A stretch of 64,000 bases of DNA from Oikopleura dioica (Eukaryota > Animalia > Chordata): positions 372,001 to 436,000 of the forward strand of contig OU015566.1 of assembly GCA_907165135.1 (NCBI GenBank), given 5' to 3'. The position numbers and the translations under genes are program-made. The notes under the pieces are model-generated. The model did not search any database. It saw only the letters and a list, made by a program, of their open reading frames with translations, and had not been told where the DNA came from. Positions within the stretch are counted from its first letter, which is position 1. Each line of letters starts with the position of its first letter. Below, piece by piece: positions 45,187-59,066 of this stretch.

Positions 45187-45574
45187 CAGTCGGAGTCCAA
45201 AATAAGGGACTTTTCTTGCTCCAAAATTTTCGAAAAAAAGTCCCTTAAATTGGGTCATCAAAGCAAAAAATATGTCGCTGAGAAGTTTTTTCGAAGTATA
45301 TTTTTTACGGCAAAATAAGCTGAAGTTATTGTTTTTGTGACTTAGAAGACATTTTTGAAAGAGGAAAACATATTCTGAAAGGCAAATCACTTCAGTTTGG
45401 GGCAAAGCTGGTTGAAATTAAGGTAATTGATACCCTTTATCAGCTCTCAACTAACTGAAGAAGCTTACTGATCTCGGAAAGTCCCTTAAATTGGATTTTT
45501 TTCTGCCGCTGATTTTCGGCATTTTGAGCAAAAAAGTCCCTTATCTTGGTGTCCCTTATTTTGGACTCCGACTG
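45187..45574. mobile_element. Tc1/mariner-type MITE
   Basis: TA|CAGTCGGAGTCCAAAATAAGGGAC perfect 24-bp TIR|TA. Confidence 0.9.
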
Positions 45575-45703
45575 TATATAAATCAGTATCTTCCAAAGAA
45601 GGTGGCAAAGATTCTAGTTTTATTGGACATACAAGGAAAGAAATAAATTCTTGCTTATTTTATCTAGAAACAAAAATTTAAATTCGAGTTGACTTTTCCT
45701 TAA

Positions 45704-45959
45704 CGCGCGAGCGCACGGCGCCCCTTTTTCGGGGCAGAGCCCGTTTATCCTCGATTTTTTCAAGTTTTCATGATCGAAAATTTTCGTTACCCCACCTTGC
45801 TGGGGCTAAATTTTGTCGACAGTGTGTCTATTATGTCTTGTAGAAGACTTTTTTTGACCTAAGAATTTACTGGTTTTGCGCTAAAATGTTTAAATGGGGT
45901 TTGCCCCGAAAAAGGGGCGCCGTGCGCTCACCGGGAAAAAAATTTTGTGCGCTCCCGCG
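45704..45959. mobile_element. TTAA-flanked MITE with GC-rich TIRs
   Basis: TTAA|CGCG.GAGCGCAC...GTGCGCTC.CGCG|TTAA, with internal inverted GAGCGCACGGCGCCCCTTTT arms. Confidence 0.7.
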
Positions 45960-46258
45960 TTAATTGTTCGGGGCAACAACAAGGGGGACTTCTGTTACGA
46001 TTGGGCGGTCGTTTACGGAAAGAACGACATAATCAGGAATTGACACAAATTTACTCAGGTCGGAAGCGCCGGAGAATGAGCATGTTGCTTCTCTCTTTCA
46101 ACAAAATCCGGTAGATTTTTAGTTCTTTCCCTGTTGAGCCCATTTTTTGGAAATAACCCATCAAAAGATGGAAAATGATGGGAAACGGGCGAGGATAGGT
46201 TAAACAGAAGAGGACTTCGGGGATGGTAAACGGGAGTCCCGTTACGGGACCGGGGCAG

Positions 46259-46500
46259 GGTGTAGGGCGGCTACGTTCAAAACGCCGTTCAAAAAATTTC
46301 CAAAAATCCTTATAAAAATGAGCTCATATGCGCTCCGCGCCTGATTTGCAAGAAAACTCTTCAAATATGATGCCAACTTCCTCTACTTACACGCAGTTAA
46401 CCATTTGAGTCAATTCTCTCAACAAGATTTTTCGAAAATTTTGAACGCCGTTCAAAAAATAGGCCAAAAAAACGATTTTGAACGGGGCCGCCCGCCAACC
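46259..46500. mobile_element. Mutator-type MITE
   Basis: Perfect 9-bp TSD CCGGGGCAG and G-rich imperfect TIRs. Confidence 0.75.
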
Positions 46501-47670
46501 CCGGGGCAGGACAATAGTTTATTGCCAATAGAACTACTACCCCGTCTTGGAAGAGTGACCCTCCTTTTGCCAGGAAAATAAGTCAAATCCCGGCAAAAGG
46601 AAGTAACGTCTTGAAGTCGCCAACATTCTTTAAAATCGATGGTAACGTACAGCTAACACACTATTCAATAAAAAATTGGACATTATAATTTCAAACAAAC
46701 ATTATAAATCAATTTCTGTCAAACCCTTAACAAAAAGAAAGAAAAACAAATAATAAAAAAGATAATTTAGATTGGAAAATCCAAGAAAACTTCAAATTTG
46801 AATTTTTGGATTATGACAAGTCTTCGCTCTTACCTCTTAGACTGAAAATGTTTCGGGAACTAACCCTAGCCCTTTTAGAAGAAAAATTTTCATGAGCACG
46901 AAAGGAGAATTCGCACAGGTTTTCGGGGCTAGGAGCTCGCAATTAACTCCCGATTTGCTCCCAATTTTACAAATCTTTTTAAAATCAATAAATATTAGTC
47001 TAGGAACTAATCTGCGCACGCAAAATTGGCAACACTCACTAAAAGTGAGTCACTTTATCGTATTCTTCTAGAAGAGACGTTTTTCTGACTCAATGTATCT
47101 TTAAACGTCTCTTTTGAAATTCAATAAGTATGTATAGCCAAAATTACATCTAGTATGATTTTAATAATCTTTGAAAAATACCTAAATTTAAGATTATGAG
47201 CATTTTATGAATAAAAGTACCGCATGTGCGCGTATTTTTATAAAAAGATACGTTTTTTTGACTCAACATATTTAAAATTGTCTCTTTTGAAATCTTTTTC
47301 AAATCAGAATTTGCTCGATAATAGTAAATCATTGTAAATTGTGATATCCCTCCATTCACCCGATTTTACCACTCCTGATGTTCCTCTCTCGTATAAATTT
47401 TCAGGTCTCCTTACTTTTTCATGGATGAAGACTTTATCTTTGATCCGTTTCGCAAATTCTAGTTAGCGACTGCACCATTAAATTAACCGCAAAAAATAAA
47501 AACGAGAAGATTTTCGCAGCAGGTTTCACAATTCTTCTTTGGGACGATGGAGATTATGTAGATATTTGGGAGATTACAGGAATCGATATGACCTTTTTTG
47601 CCCAAACAGAAAAGTTGCATCCGCCCTCTTGATTTTGAAACCCAACTGTAATTTTTTGAAAGATTTATAA

Positions 47671-47897
47671 TAAACTGGCGTTGCCTCACCTTCGGGTCGG
47701 CTTCGCCCTGTCCCTGACTGAATTGAATAAACAGGCGTTGCCTCTCCTTTGGGTCGGCTTCGCCCTTTCCTTCACTTAATTGAATATACTGGCGTTGCCT
47801 CCCCTTCGGGTCGGCTTCGCCCTGTCCCTGACTGAATCGAATAAAATGGCATTGCCGCTCCTTCGGGTCGGCTTCGCTCTGTCCCTGACTGAATTGA
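47671..47897. repeat. 57-bp tandem repeat x4 (GGCGTTGCC...CCTTCGGGTCGGCTTCGCCC), partial copy near 48060
   Basis: Unit starts at 47677, 47734, 47791 and 47848. Confidence 0.85.
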
Positions 47898-48639
47898 CTT
47901 TTAGTTGGTTGCCGTTCTGTTATTGCAGCTTTGGTTGCCCCTTTACCCGCGCTTTTTCTATTGTTCCTTTCTTGACTCGCTCAAAGTGATTCCAGGATGC
48001 TGCCCCTTCGCCCGCTCTTTGGGGGGCATTTATCTGCGCAATCCACTGTAACAGGCATCTTTGGGTCAGCTTCGCCCTATCTCCAACTGAATTAAAGGTC
48101 TTCCAGCAATAGTTTTCAAGTTAAAAAGTCCTCCGGACTTTTACTTATACTTATACTTTTTATAATTCAAGTAAAGTCACGTGATTAATTTAAGGCAATG
48201 TAATGAGAAAAAACGGAATGAAAAAAAAGTGTCATCATCAGGATTCGAACACCCCAATAAGTCCCACTCCAGAAGTTTGTACAAAGAATTAGCTCTAGAA
48301 TTTTTTGCACAAAAGTGCACAAAGAGGTTGAATAAGATTCTGAAAGCGTTTTTTCTGTAGATTCAGATTATTCTTGATCTAGCTTTAAAAGAGATTAAAA
48401 TAAAAAGTTATCGAGAAAAAACTGTAATCTGTATTAGAAAATTGACATTTTTGATGGAAAACAACGTTGAATCAATTTTCAATAATGAAATGAAATGTTC
48501 CTTATGACTTGTTTTATACATAAACATCGATTAGGAATGGTTTTTTAAACTTTGAATTATGCTCATTTTATCACCGTTCACTCCCTATTTATAACAGACA
48601 TTTAATTTATACCTTATCAGGTTGACTTCGTTTAGACAA

Positions 48640-48801
48640 GGTGGCCCAAAACAGCAATATTTTGATCTTGTTTTTCTGTTTTACTCAGTTCGAAATTTCA
48701 CACTGCTCTCTCAATATAAAAGTATTCTTTTTCCTCTGTTCCTTTTTTGTTCATCTTAAGTTTAGTATCCTGATGAAGTTTATTCAATAAACGAAAACGT
48801 T
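48640..48801 (+). mobile_element. Solo Penelope-like pseudo-LTR remnant with hammerhead core
   Basis: Homologous to 27921-28101. Similarity stops at GAAAACGTT. Confidence 0.75.
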
Positions 48802-48913
48802 ATATTTCGATCCACCATAGAGGATGATCTTCGTCCAAGAAATAATTTCGAACTTACTGCTTAAGATATATCATATATGCGAAATTTCCGTATCTCTTTT
48901 CTGTATCTACATA

Positions 48914-49519
48914 CCGTGGTTTTCCATTTTAAGAGCGCCCAATTTAAGAGCGTTTTTGTCAAGATTTGGCGAATTTTGTCATCCGTTGAAATTCCAGTTT
49001 AAGAGCGTTTCTGGATATTTTTCATGAAAATGATAAAAAATAAAGATGTTTGGTAAATCATATGCCAAAAAAGGCTTGGTTTTTCCTTCATTATTTAAAA
49101 CTCTCCTCAATAGTCTTCCATAATTGATTCGGGTCTTTTGAACGAGAATCAACTCCTGATAAGAAAATGTTAATCATGTTCTTGCAAAATGAATATCAGT
49201 TATTTTGAAAGCGTTAAATCTGGGTATGGTCGCCCTTCAGCATATGCAAATATAGACTGAATACGGGTATAATTTTGCAAGATTATGAAAATAAATTCTA
49301 GAACACATCTGCCTTTCCAAAAAAGCCCAAAAAATTCGAAATCATAGATCTTTTTCGAAATTCCATACTTCTTTCTTCAAGGTCCATTCTGGCGCAAAGG
49401 TTTGAAATTTCTGACGAAAAAATAACTGTCATCCGGCCTTGATAGAAAAATTTCCAATTTAAGAGCGATTTGAGCGACCCGTGTCATCTGAAAAACGCTC
49501 TTAAAATGGAAAACCACTG
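48914..49519. mobile_element. Tc1/mariner-type MITE
   Basis: TA|C(C/A)GTGGTTTTCCATTTTAAGAGCG TIR|TA. Confidence 0.75.
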
Positions 49520-52500
49520 TATTTGTGAAATCGTTTGACAGTAAAAAGCGAGTCAACTTGACTCAGTTTTTAATTTTAACTAGTCGAACACTACTGCCAC
49601 CACAACAACAAACAATACTAGTGAAGGGTTTTCAAATATAAATAGCCAAAATAATATAAATAAGATGATAGAAACACACCATTCTGGTTTATATATTTTA
49701 TTTTCTAGAAATTTTCGTCTCCTTTCATGACGTTTGACTCTTTTGGGATCTTTTCAGTTTTCTTTTCAGTTTTCTCCCGATCGGAAAAAAACTGATTAAA
49801 TAGAAAAGAATCAAATCTTCACAAGAAAATAAAAGACCTTACAAAATCTATCGGATCGAAAATATTTCGACAAGAAAAAATTACAGTTTTACAGTTTTTA
49901 CAATTTGGACCCGCAAAATTTGGCCCTTTTTCGAATTTCGCGAAAATTAATAAAATTCGCTCAATAAGCCATCCAGTGTTTGAATAAACCCGCCCGCGAA
50001 TCCCGCGGGGGCCGTCTATAACTTATAGACTATAAGTTATAGACTATAACAAGGATCTTATTGGATAATATTCTCTAAAATGATTGAGAATTGACTGAGA
50101 ATTTTTGTAATTATGTAGTGCTTGTTTTCTAATGACTTTTGCAACATTTTACTGTAATAAGCGAGCTTGCCCCTGGCGCGCTAAGTGCGCACGTGACTTA
50201 GGAGCGGCAAGCGAGCGCACGTGACGCAGCGCGCAGAAAACCAAAAATTTCGTTTTCAACGAAATTGATGAAAAATAACCGCGCTCTTGGAAATTCGCCG
50301 AATCCGTCGTTTACAACGAAATTCTTGGAAAATATCGAAATGCACGGAAATCAACGAAATTGGCGGATAAGTATATAAACTGTTCACTGTTCAAACTTTT
50401 CACTTACACTCACAGAGATAACTAGAGTGCCAATAAACAACAAAATACAAATTTTTGTTTCCCTTTTTCTTTTGTCACTTGCGTAATAGAAGCAAGCAGT
50501 ACAATTATTTTTTTCAAAAACCTCAGTTGGATTCAAACAAGCCGAGGCTCACATTTTCCTGCACAATCAATCAAATCAAGCCTAGATTTTTGTTATTATA
50601 ATAAACTCAAATGATTGTTAACACATTGGTATCGCATTTCATTTCATTGATTTTAAAGCTTTGTGTTCTATCTCGTAACAAAAATTATCTCGAGAAATAT
50701 AAATTATTAAAACAATTTGTAGTGTTATGATTCTTCAATGAACGTCACTTACCACTAGAAAAATTTTTAGTGGAACCCTGCTCAATTGATTATTGAAGAA
50801 TTTCTATCTTGTATTTAGGGGGTCTCCAACGATTTTTCTCAAATTGGCCATTTTCGACCGGCGCTCACGCCGACACGGACTTATATTTTTAAAAAAAATT
50901 TATGTTGATCAAACCTAGATCTAGTGAAGCGTGTCTCAGATTTTTTAAAATCCAACCACATCTGGCGCTACGGCGCCGAGAAGGAGAGCATCTCGCGGAA
51001 AATCGCGTTTTTGGACACTTTTTCACCTGAGATTACTCCAAAATATTTGGTTACAAAAATTTTTTTTCCTCCTGTTTCTGAAAGTTCTAACACTAATTAA
51101 GTGAAGCGTCTCTCAGTTTTTTCAATTTCTAAAAAATGATTATGTAACAAAGACGATCAAAAAAATGTACGATTTTGGAAATTTCAACCCTTTGAATTGC
51201 CTTTTGGGCATCACCTAAACACTTATTTTCGGGCATAAATAGAAAGATGAGCTCATAGGCTATGAGTCATAGCCTTCCTAAAAATGTGCCATAAGAGACC
51301 CTTTAACAACTGTAAGCAAGAGTTTATTTTTTGATTTCGTCAAAATTGGCCACTTCAGCATCAATTTTAGACACTTTTTTCTACAACAATCGAAAAAAGC
51401 TTAACCTTTTTTCAGTTTTTTGCATGAGGAATTCAAATCTGAAGAGAAAATATTCTAATTCGTAATATCGAAAAATCTTGTTAATAACAAGTTTGAAAAG
51501 GACAAAGGTTTTTCAATCTCATCAAAAATATACAAGTAAGGAGTCTTTTGAAAGCTTTGAATGTATTGAGAACGAATATTATACCCACACAAGAATTTTT
51601 GGGGAAGCGAATCCAGACCCCTGGAAAGACATAGAGAAATAATATTTTCTGGTTTCCGATTGGTGAACAGAAACGTTAACTAGATTTTGTGATTTTTACC
51701 GAAGTGGCCTTAGATTTTAAAAAATTTTGTTAAGCGAAGTCAATTAAACGGTCGACTATTATCATAGTCTAAGATTCATAGAGAAAAAAAAATCATCTTT
51801 GAGCCCAATTTAACCCCGATTCCCATATCCATTCAAAAATCCATATCCCCAAAATTTTCATATTATCTAACCCTAACATTCTTTCGTTCAGACCAAAACC
51901 AAGTTCAGTTCTATCTTAACAATTTTACCAGAAGATTAAAACTTATGTCTCTTCTTTATTTTTATGATATCAGATAAGGGCGTCAGAACGTTTGACCAAA
52001 AAGAAAACTCAGTAGTAATGTTCTGGTTCAAAAAAGTCCTCCGATATGGTGCTTCCTGAGTTGTTTCCTTAATTTTTTCGGATCGTGGACTTGCTCGATC
52101 GCTACTCCTTGCACAGTTAAAAATTCGCCGAAAACGCCTGTTCACTGTTCGCTTTAGATTGAACAGCGATAAAAAAAAATCCTGTTCATTGTTCACTTTG
52201 CCCGAAATCGGAAATTTTTTCGCGAAGCTTTTTGAGTCAAACTAGATTTTTTAGAATCTAATGAGTATTAAAAAAGACGTTTTGCGTAGTTAGAGGACGA
52301 GTAATCTTCTCTTCCGATTGATCTTAGATTTTAATGTTTTCTCGTCATGCTTTTTTTTGCAATATTGCATTCTGGAACAAAGTTGTTGCTTTTTCACAAC
52401 AATTCTCTGCTTAGTTTAAGAGTCGATAATAACAATTTTGGCTCTCGACAGAACACGTTGATTGAACCAGAGTTCGAAATTTGTTAGCAGTACTGCCACG

Positions 52501-55316
52501 ACTGCCACTGGCAGCTGTCAATATCGGCAGTCACTTAGCAGTGGCAGTTTAATTTTTCAAGGGCTGGCAGTGACGCAAATTTTCAGACAAGAGCTCTTTC
52601 CAGAACCCTGATTCTAAACCAAGTCGAATCCGTTGGATTTAATCCGAGCCCAAATGCGACTTTGAACTCAACCCTAACAGCATTCCTGAATGAATGATTG
52701 GGAATGACTTGATAAACTCAAAAACGATAGAAAAACAAAATAATGAAAACCGGTCTCCAGTGCTTCCAAAAGTGCGTCCAAGGTTTGGCCTTATGGCACG
52801 CTTGCCGTTGGCAGGCTTAATTAAACTATATAATAAAAAATCGATAAAAATATGCTCGGAGGGGGGTCGACTAAATTATTTCATAAGCCAATAAGCTCAT
52901 TTTATGTTTTGACTTATTTGACATTTCAAAAAATCTGTTAAAAATCCCTTCCTGGTAAAACTTCTTTTCTTTACCAGGAAAACAGTTACCTTCAGTAACT
53001 CTTACTAACTCTTGCCTATCCCCCTCGTGCTAGTTTGTTCCGTGATTTTCGCAGGTGTCCCCTAACACTTACCTTAATTAAAGTAAACTAGACTTCTTAT
53101 CAATTATTCATATGAGTTAATTATTTTTTCTTCTAACAACACTCATCTCCTAATTTTTGGACCCAGGCGTCACTTCTAAGAGGGTATCCTGGGTCTGAGA
53201 CCGAGGCGTCACTTTTGAAATGAGTCCTGGGCCTGAGACCCAGGCTTATTGCATCGTTTCTCTTAGCTTTCTAAAACTTATGAATAAATGATTAATGATT
53301 GTACTGTTAAACTGACTCCTAAAAATGCTATACTTATATTATCAATTGCCCTCTTTCGGAAAAATGAATATTTACAGATATTTTTTGTCCTTTATGGTGC
53401 TCGTTTAAGTATTTTTCCTAGAAATAACAAAACAGCTCTAGAGATTTTCCTTTTTTTAATTGTTGGTAATAAAGTTAGAAATAACGATAGAGATAGATCA
53501 AGGTTGTATCCAGGTGGTATGGCATCATTTTAAAGAAGGCTTCATTATAAAGAAGTCGTCATTATAAAAATGGCTTCATTATAAAGAAGGCTTTATCATA
53601 AAACTGTTTATAATGAATCATTATTAATGATGCTTTTTTTTGATAAAAAACTAAATCAAAACGAATTTTGATTACTAGGATCATGATTTATTATTGAGCA
53701 TTATTGATTGTACTGTTAAACTGACTCCTAAAAAGGCTGTGCTTGATTTATCGATATGCATATTTCTGAAAAATACTTATTTACGGATAATTAATGGCAT
53801 TTATGGTGAATATTTCAATATTCTCTATCACTGATAGACTATCAGAAAACGATTAAACAGCTCTAGAGATTTTCCTAAGAATTTTTATTTTTGGAAATAA
53901 GAAAAGAAGAAGGTTCTTTTTTTTCAGAAGAAGGGGGAGTCACTTAATAGCGCCGCCTTGCGCCGCCCTGCGCCGCCCAGTCCCGCTTGATATTGCTCTT
54001 CTCAAAGATATTCGGTGTTTCAATGCTAATTTTTTTATGTTTTCTTATTTAAACTTTTATTCTTATACAGTTTTTTATGAAATTTGTTGACAAATTTTCT
54101 TGGGACACATTCAAAAATATAGGATATCAAATTTGTAGACATTTTTTGTCAAATTATATCTTTTCTTTCTCCAAAAAAATTTAAGCAAGTTTGTTGGGAC
54201 ATTTTTTTCGAGGCTCTGTATCAAATTTGTGGACATTTTTCAGAAAACAAGGGGAGAAAAAATGTCCACAATTCCATAAATAACGCATGAACGCACGAAA
54301 TTTCTTTCCTGCTGAACGCATATTGCGCAGATTTCTGCGCAGCACCATTAGAGCGCTCTAGCGACAATTATGGTCGAGATTTGAAAAAATCAAAGCTACC
54401 AAAATGAAGCTCAGACGCTTGCGAACGAGCTCATTATAGTTTAAAATCCTAACCGTAACCCGAACTTTGCTAAAAACGGTTATTTCTAAAATTACTCGAA
54501 AATGAACCAGTATTTTTTCAATTTTTTTCTATTTCATTGATCTCAAAAACAAATGTACAAAATATAAATTTATGATAAAATTTATATTAAATTTGATGTA
54601 AGAATGCGATTAAACGTGGAAAAAATAATTTTCAACCACAGAAAAAATAATGCAGAACTGTTGAAAAGCTAAAAAGCATGATTCGAAAAAATCGGAAATT
54701 TTCGTTCTGAAGCCAAATTTTCATCCTGAAGTCAAAAATTTTTTCGATGCCAGATTCGGATTCCTCATCGAAAAAGAGCTCCTAAAGTAGGGGTCCAATT
54801 AATATTTTGGTCAAGCAAAGTATGAGATATTGAGCTTTAAAGGGGCTCTGCGCAGAAATCTGCGCAATATGCGTTCAAGCGATAACTCCATATTTAAATA
54901 GTCTGATCACCAGAAGAAAGAATACTAATAATTTAGGATGTCAGTTGGGGGAGTCCAAATAATCTCCATTAAATCATTTTGCCATTAAATCATCAATTTA
55001 TTAAGCACCTGACGCCAAGGGCCCTTACGCGCGCATTATCTGGTAGAGAACTCATGGGGTAAGCGGGGCCCCATTCTCGCTCTCGATCCAAACACTTATT
55101 TTTGTCAGGATTTGATCAGATGAGACCCGGTTTGAACCGAACCGGGCGGCGCTATTCAGTACCCCCTCGAAGAAAGGAATGATTTGAAAGACCTTTTTGA
55201 TTCTGAGAGACAAAACAACGCGTTTCTTATGCAATTTTTTTAGTCAATGACTCTTGCTTTGAAATAAATGAATCAAGATGGAACTCAGAAAAATGAAGCC
55301 TCAAAATCATTCTTAA

Positions 55317-55973
55317 GGGGGAGGTCGACGAGAATCGGGATTTCTGTGACCAAAAATGCGGAAAGACCTGCTTAGATAGACAAATTCTGACTATCTACGT
55401 GGAAAGAAAAGGGTCTGAAAATACGGCGGCGAAAACGTGAAAAAAAATTTTTTCCAAAAAATTTTGTAAAATTTAGGTCAAAGTGGGGGTGTCTCGTGAC
55501 CAAAAAATCTCAATAACGTGAATTTTTTTTCTTAATCAAATATTTTTAAAAGTAAGTTTAAACCTTTAAAAATACAGCGGCGACAATGAAAAAAGGGATG
55601 CTTATCGTGAAAATTTTTTGACTGTTGATTAAAAATATCCGATTTTCCTAAAAATCGTCATTTTTGCTCATTTCATAGGGAGTTTTACCAAAGTCGCGGA
55701 GACTCAGAATTTTTTACTGATAATTATTAAAAAATCATCAAAAAACAATATCTAGCACATGAAAATTTGATGGGAATTATTTTTGGGTGATATGACCAAT
55801 TTTTAAATTTCGTAAAATCTCGGAATCCAGACACAAAATCGAAAATTTTGTTAAAAAAAGTTAATAAATCCGCGAAAAGCTGGAGACCAAAAATTCTCCT
55901 TTTTTAGTAAGGAATCCAAAAATATAACCAAAATTTTGAAAAAACGAAAAAATTTTTCTCGTCGACCCCCTCC
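55317..55973. mobile_element. MITE with TTAA TSD and GG termini (Kolobok-type ends)
   Basis: TTAA|GGGGGAGGTCGACGAGAA...TTCTCGTCGACCCCCTCC|TTAA. Confidence 0.8.
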
Positions 55974-56078
55974 TTAACGCTTTGAATCCATTTTTTGGAT
56001 CAATTTAATATTGACAATATTATTAAACTCAAAATTTAATTGTTTAAAAAAACAACCTTTCGAGTCATTAGTAAAGAC

Positions 56079-58082
56079 CAGGGATGTAAATCACCACAGC
56101 CACCCCACCACTGTGGTGGGGTGATTTTTCACCATCCCCTTTTTTCCGTGGTGGTGGTGGGGTGATTTTTCACCATCACCTTTTTTCAGTGGTGGTGGTG
56201 GGGTGATTTTTCACCAACACCTTTTTTAGTGGTGGTGGTGGGGTGATTTTTCACCAACACCTTTTTTAAGTGGTGGTGGTGGGGTGATTTTTCACCATTT
56301 TTTTTCGAGAAGTGGTGGTGGGATGATTTTTTACAATGGCCATTTACATTTTATCTGATAGAAAAATATCATTTATTAAGATAAATAGATATAACTTGCG
56401 ACATAAAAACTACTGTTTATTATAAAATTTTTTAATTTCTTCTCCAAGCTCCTTGAAATTGCCAGCGAATTCGTTTTGCAAATTTCTTTCGATTGTAGCC
56501 ATCTTCTGGCGATTTCGACTCGGATCTCTTGTTTTGCTGGAGACGATGCTGAACAATCGCTCGATTTCTGATGACGACGAATTTATTGAGAGAAGCTTAA
56601 ATTTACATTAACGAAAATAATAAGACTTCCATCGACTTACATAACCAGTAATTTTATACAATCTTGGATAATCCATTTTGTTGGTCTCCCAAAAAGATCG
56701 AATAAGTGACGTTACTGATTGACTCTCGCCTGGGGAGTATTTTCCATTGATCTTCAAGAATAGCTTCCAGTCCGGTAGATCCAATTTAGTATACTTATTT
56801 ATTTCATCTAAGATGCTATAAGGACAATAACCGTTATTTTTACTTGTCATTTATTCCCTTCGCGGGTGCTGAACGAGAAGCTGAGGCGACTAAAGAAGGA
56901 TCAACATCAACTTCTTGGTCATCCGAATTTTGAGCAGGCATTTCACACAAGGTCGGCTCATCGCTTATTTTTCCCCAAAGATCTTTTATGTACTGCTTTG
57001 CGTCGTTTTGCCAGTTGGCAATTTCTTTTTTTAGAATTTCGGAATTTTTCCGAAAAAAATAATCCGATGATTTCTCCATATGCCCGATGAGTTTATATAA
57101 ATTGCACTTGTGTGTCGGCCAATAGACAAAAACCGCGGCTATAAAATATAATGAAGTAACTTTGAAACATGAAAATTTATACCTTTAGTAGCGCCCAAGA
57201 CGCGAGAACTCTCTTTTCCCTCGACTTCTCCAATCGATTCACTAACATAAGCTTTTCCAGCCATGAAAAACATGAGTTTTATGAAACAGCTGCGAGCGAA
57301 AATTTCCTTGTATTCGTTTATTTCGAAATCTTCTTCAAACTCTCCATCCTCATTTTTCTTGGGAACTGCAAGTTTTTCAAGTTCGATACCAACTTGTTCA
57401 AAGGTCGGCAAATTCTCGGTGATCTTAATTTCATATGCAAAAATGATAATTAATTAATAATAATTAATAATAATAATTAATGATAATTGTTCATACTTTT
57501 GCATCTGTTCTTTCCATCCTCTTGATATATTTCATAATGCAGCTCAAAATGGAGTGAAGAGCCGCGCATTTTTCGAACGCAGGAATTCCATGGGACAAAT
57601 TCTTTAGAACAGGTGAATATTGGGTCATTTTAAGACTAGAGAGGTCATTTTCAGACTAGGAAAGGTCACATACGACTATTTTCACCCATTTCCTGTATCA
57701 AATATCGCTCATTTGATGTTGCAGAGTCCATCGTCTTTTGCCATCGTCTAATCTTTTGCGTTTTGCCATATTTAGCTCTAAAGAACTCGCCCGCGGCAAA
57801 AAAAAAAACAAAAAAGTGATATCTAGAATAACTTTGACTAAATTGATCTCGAAACTTTTTTCACCTTTTCAATGGTGGTGGTGGGGTGATTTTTTCACCA
57901 TCACTTTTCTCAGTGGTGGTGGTGGGGTGATTTTCACCATCACTTTTTTCAGTGGTGGTGGTGGGGTGATTTTTCACCATCACCCTTTTTCGGTGGTGGT
58001 GGTGGGGTGATTTTTTCCACCACGGATCACCCCACCATTTTGCTGTGGTGGAATGAAAATGGTGTGGTGATTTACATCCCTG
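56079..58082 (-). mobile_element. hAT family B internal-deletion derivative (2004 bp)
   Basis: Same TIRs as 10433-13915 and a perfect 8-bp TSD GTAAAGAC. It lacks about 1.5 kb corresponding to about 12077-13586. Confidence 0.95.
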
Positions 58083-58533
58083 GTAAAGACTCAAAAAAAG
58101 ATATCATTATTTTCTTTGATTTCCCGATTTTTCTTCTTAAACTTCTTTAATTTTTTGCTATTAAATAAGAAACACCGCGGATATTATGAGCTTTTTTATC
58201 AGAACTTTGCAAGATCTTTTATATTAGTGGTTGAAAGAGCTAAAAAGATTGCTTGCCGCGACGAAGATCGAATAAGAAACCTTTTAAAAACTATCTTTCG
58301 ACTTGAATTAAAAAGAATGGGAGAAACCCGAACTAAAGGAAAGCAGCAAAACTGAAAAAAATCTCCATAAGAGAAACAGGAAGTATTTTTGTTCTGACCC
58401 TTTCAGTTCTGACCCTTTATAAAACCTCTGGCAACCTCTGGCAAGACAAGATTGTATATATATCAAAATAAAACCAATCGAAAAGTTCAATTTTATCTTT
58501 GCTTTTCTACAGACGTATCTATTATTTTGTTAA

Positions 58534-59066
58534 CCTTACGCCGCCAAACTCGAATTTCACCCCCCGCCGCCAAATGTGCCATATATGGCACATTGCAGTG
58601 TATTCGATATGCCAAATATGGCACAAGTCTTAAAAAGTCGGCTGGAGATGTTTAAAATAATTTTTTTTTTGTCATGCTTCCAAATGTTAGACATTTGACA
58701 TTATAGGACATCAGACGACATCAAATGACATCAGATTGATGTCGGCAATGTTTATCTTCCTCATATAAGGGAAAATTCCTTACAATGCATTTTCGGCGGA
58801 AAAAAGTCCCACCGCCGCCAAATGTGCCAAATATGGCACATCACAATGCATTCTTGTGTCATATATGGCACACGAGTAGCGAAGCTAAATTCGCTATTTT
58901 GACGCATTTGTAGCGAAGCTAAGCCAACCAAATGCCTACCACGTGAAAGTTTAGCGAAAAATAAGGGTATAAAGGGGGGTCGGCGAAATTCTTACTCCAA
59001 GTAAAAAATAAATTACAGGCGGTTTAAAGTCTTGGTGCCATATATGGCACACTTGGCGGCGTAAGG
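58534..59066. mobile_element. piggyBac-type MITE, second copy
   Basis: Reverse complement of 37256-37789 with TTAA TSD. Confidence 0.85.

Noticed and set aside
50016-50042. loxP-like site (ATAACTT...AAGTTAT)
   Set aside because: 1-nt spacer rather than 8, and no recombinase gene nearby.
51936-52470. Minus-strand ORF and nearby coding-like text
   Set aside because: No recognisable domain or consistent splice model.
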